A stretch of DNA of 49,882 nucleotides, counting the filler, from Trypethelium eluteriae (taxonomy: Eukaryota): NCBI GenBank assembly GCA_051942245.1. It is 2 parts of 2 records of this genome, joined end to end, with 100 filler letters (N's around TTAATTAATTAA, not from the genome) between each part and the next. Parts side by side here need not be neighbours in the genome. Positions count along the whole stretch, not along the records: positions 25,001 to 49,882 come from JAVECL010000391.1; 1 more part is not named here. One strand, written 5' to 3'. Position numbers and translations under genes: made by a program. Shown here piece by piece: positions 46,737 through 49,882 of this stretch. The notes under the pieces were generated by a model that worked only from the letters and a program-made list of their open reading frames with translations, did not search any database and was not told the origin of the DNA. The first letter of the stretch is position 1, and each line of letters starts with the position of its first letter.

Positions 46737-48761
46737 ATGTCGCTGGCTCCGGTAGTCACTGATATCTCTGAAGGCGATTGGATTCGATTTAAAGAGGAGA
46801 TTCGAAGACTCTATCTCACAGAAGGTAGAAAGCTCGAAGGTGAAGGTGGCGTACGGAACGAAATGAAGAAGTGGTACAATTTCGATCAGACGTTAGTTGC
46901 TCCCGAGTACAAGCCTAGTTGCATCTCGGTACTGACGGCTTTGAAGAAAATCCCAATATGAGTCCCATTTTAGGAATTGGCGGTTTCGAAAAAACATCAA
47001 AAGGACGGATTGGGAAATTGTCAAGCAAAAGGTTTCGAAGAGAAAGCAGGCCGGGAAAGATAGCGACGTCTATATTGATGGGGCGCTTGTGCCGGCACGG
47101 AAACTACGGAAAGAGCTTCGACGCTATGGCACTGCTTCTTCCTCACAGCTTGCCGAGCAAGGCACAACATTGACTCAGATTGCCCATCTTGGAATTCAAT
47201 TACCACTCGCGGCAACTCCCGAACCCCAAACTCCTGATGGTGTATCGGTATGCACCCCTGTATCCATCGGAGATCCACAGAATGAGGATCAGGAAATTTC
47301 TGCCGTTCCACACATGGAGGACTCCGCCTCTCAAGGTACGTAATGTCCTAATCATGTCTCTCTTCAGCCCGGGCAAAACTATGAGAATGCGAATCTAATA
47401 TTGAATACATCCTGGCACTCTGAAGAATAATTTGCTGACCTAGCGTAGTTATTACTGAGTTGACTGAAGCTTCTTTTCCCTCAGCCTTACAGACTGGCCA
47501 TGCAAGTCTTGTGGGATCGTTTTTAGACCGAGGCTTGGACCCGAATTTGGCGATTTACCTGGAACAACACCATGTGCAGCGTACTCCCTTGGAAATAGCC
47601 TGCGAAATGAAAGACCTTGAGCTCGTCCGGCTCCTTATCTCCAAGGGTGCCGACGTGGAAAAGTCGAGCAGTGGATCTGGCGAAGAAGAAACTTCTCCCT
47701 TGGTCCGCGCTATCAACGGCAAAGATGACTTTTTTTACATACCCAAGGGGGCCCGAGAAAACGAGTTTGTGACTATCCAGATCGTCAAGACTCTTCTCGA
47801 TGCGGGAGCGGATGTTAATGATACGTCTACTTCTTACGTCCTGCCGCTTGTTGAAGCAGCAGCGAAAGGCTTTGAAGTGGTAATATATCTCCTCCTTGAT
47901 AATGGCGCTGATGTGAATCTGAGAAGTTTATATGGACACCTGGCCCTGGAGACGGTCCTTCTTTATCATTTCTTCTATAGCCCAGGGAGGATGTTGCGAG
48001 TGGTCAAGCGTCTTGTGGAGGCTGGTGCAAACGTCAATCCGGACGGCCTTTTGATTGAACCACTTACTCTGGCTGCTCAAACAGGATCACTGAAGCTTTT
48101 CAAATTCCTCTATTTTGCAGGGGCACGTCCTGGTTCCTGGACTCTGGCTTATGTAGTTGACTCTAGGAGAAACGACCTAGTGCGATTTGCGTTGGATGCT
48201 GGCATTGTGGGAACTGTCTGTCCGGCATGGTGCATTCCCGCCTTGATTCTTGCTATCTCTAGGTACAACATCGAGCGATTCCAGTGTCTGTTCAATTCCG
48301 ATGCAGTACAACGCGGCATTGGTACGCTGGCCAGACGCCTGGCAGATGCATTGAGATCAGGAATTCATGACACAATACCTCAACTAATGTCCCCTGCAAG
48401 GACCGATATGGCCTTTGTGAACAACTTGAATCCTGAAATCAGAGCCGCCATTACTGCTTGGAACAGCGCTGTTGCGAACCTATCAGTCCTCGGAGAGCGT
48501 GGCAGTGGAAGTGTCGACGCCATCTCAACAGCCCTGAAAAATCTTGCACATCACTGGTGCCTTAGTAGCTCCAGAACGGCAGCGTCATATGGCCATGCCT
48601 ATGGAGACGACAAAGACTCAAGTACCTATGGTTCAAGTGGCGACGACGATGGCATTAGCGACCTCGAACCAAGAGAAGAAGAAAGCCGACAAGAGTACCG
48701 TACAAGAAGGTGCCGTAACTTGGCAAGACTTTTCTACGATGAAATGTCTTCTCAATGTTAG
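46737..48761 (+). CDS. Clr5-domain plus ankyrin-repeat protein (3 exons)
   Basis: DWIRFKEEIRRLYL...EMKKWYNFDQT/KSQYESHFRNWRFRKN (Clr5-like); RTPLEIAC...LLISKGADV, LLDAGADVN, LLDNGADVN, LVEAGANVN. Confidence 0.8.
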
Positions 48762-49882
48762 TACATATGAAAATAATTAGAGTAGCAATCACAGAGGAAA
48801 TGGCGCGGTTCGGAGCAAGGTAGTGACAAACATCAGAGGTAAATCAATACAGTGCACATAAGTGAGAGATCCAGATTATGAAAACCAGTCTACGTACGTG
48901 AATAACCTGCGCAGAGACGAGAGACCTAATTCAATAAAAATTAGATGAAAAACTCAGAGTTGAGATACATGTATTTTTCAAATCATTATACTTATGCATT
49001 CATTATTCTATGCAGATACATGTACACATACCTGCGTAGTAGGTATGCGTCCAACCCCTGTTTCCGAGGAGAAGGCGCCAAGAGGAGAGCAAGCTCCAAT
49101 ACTTTGGTCTGTCGCTCGACTGGAAGGACATATAGCCTGAGAATGTGCGACTCCGAGGGACCTCTGTATTTGCTAGCGATGTTGCGAAAAAGACGAACAT
49201 GCAAGGAATGTCACCAAACAGGACTAACTTCAGCCTTTCCCACTTCCCGCCTTTGCAAGAAGAGCGAGCGGCTAGTATCATCACATCATATCGCAATCAG
49301 TGTTATCAGCGTATCTCCGTTTCTCCCTTTCCCAATCAGTTGTATTCGGTACACCCTAGGATTTCTCTCCCGTCTCCTTATGCTACATGCCACGATTCCC
49401 AATCTTGCTCCCAGCCTTGCCGAGCTTCAGCCATCACGTCAGAACGACATGGACACGAGAGAAAAAGATAGAAAGGAAAATACAGAGATCTATAACACAG
49501 CGAAAGAGCAGAGATGACGGTGAATGACGATATGCGCTTCCCGATCAGAGACTTCTCTTAGAAGCATGGATCCAGATAATGATCCGGCTGGCCTCCCTTG
49601 AACGCCGTGCAATGCAGTGCGATAATGTAATGCGGAGAAACAACTCCGTTACGCCTTCGCTATGAAGCATCCGGATCCCCGGATGTATGCCCAATCTCCA
49701 CTCCTTCGACTCTTCGATCGGTTGCATACGTACGTATACCGCTCATCCATCCCCGTGCGGATATTCTTCGTAAATTTCCCATGAATCATTTCAGATAGGC
49801 ATATCACCTCAGCCTCATTTTTTTCTCATTAAATTAGACCCACTCAAGTCCCCATCTAAGCCCCCCCCTCTCTCCCACCATC

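Noticed and set aside
48945..49727. 190-aa and shorter ORFs at the window end
   Set aside because: No recognisable domain or coding-like composition

Overview
Intron-containing genomic DNA from a filamentous ascomycete (Pezizomycotina). Housekeeping genes (VPS71, UBP8, complex I NDUFA9-like subunit, RPN9, RBA50, HPC2, HNT1, DOT5, RQC1, PTC5) alternate with accessory segments. The main result is a compact putative fungal RiPP (dikaritin-type) cluster at about 17200-23909. It has four DUF3328/UstYa-like oxidase genes arranged as two divergent pairs, next to a secreted Kex2-processed precursor with 13 identical copies of the core QRDGQHYS, which I do not recognise from any characterised fungal RiPP or pheromone. 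A 100-bp artificial contig linker at 24901-25000 lies about 1 kb after the precursor, so the cluster may be incomplete and the two halves of the window may not be contiguous. The right half holds a truncated amino-acid permease, a Myb/SANT-like ORF with possible transposon debris, a GH3 glycosidase, a TPR pseudogene, a MITE-like palindrome, a HeLo-like/NACHT NLR and a Clr5-ankyrin gene. All calls come from manual reading and splicing; no database searches were run.
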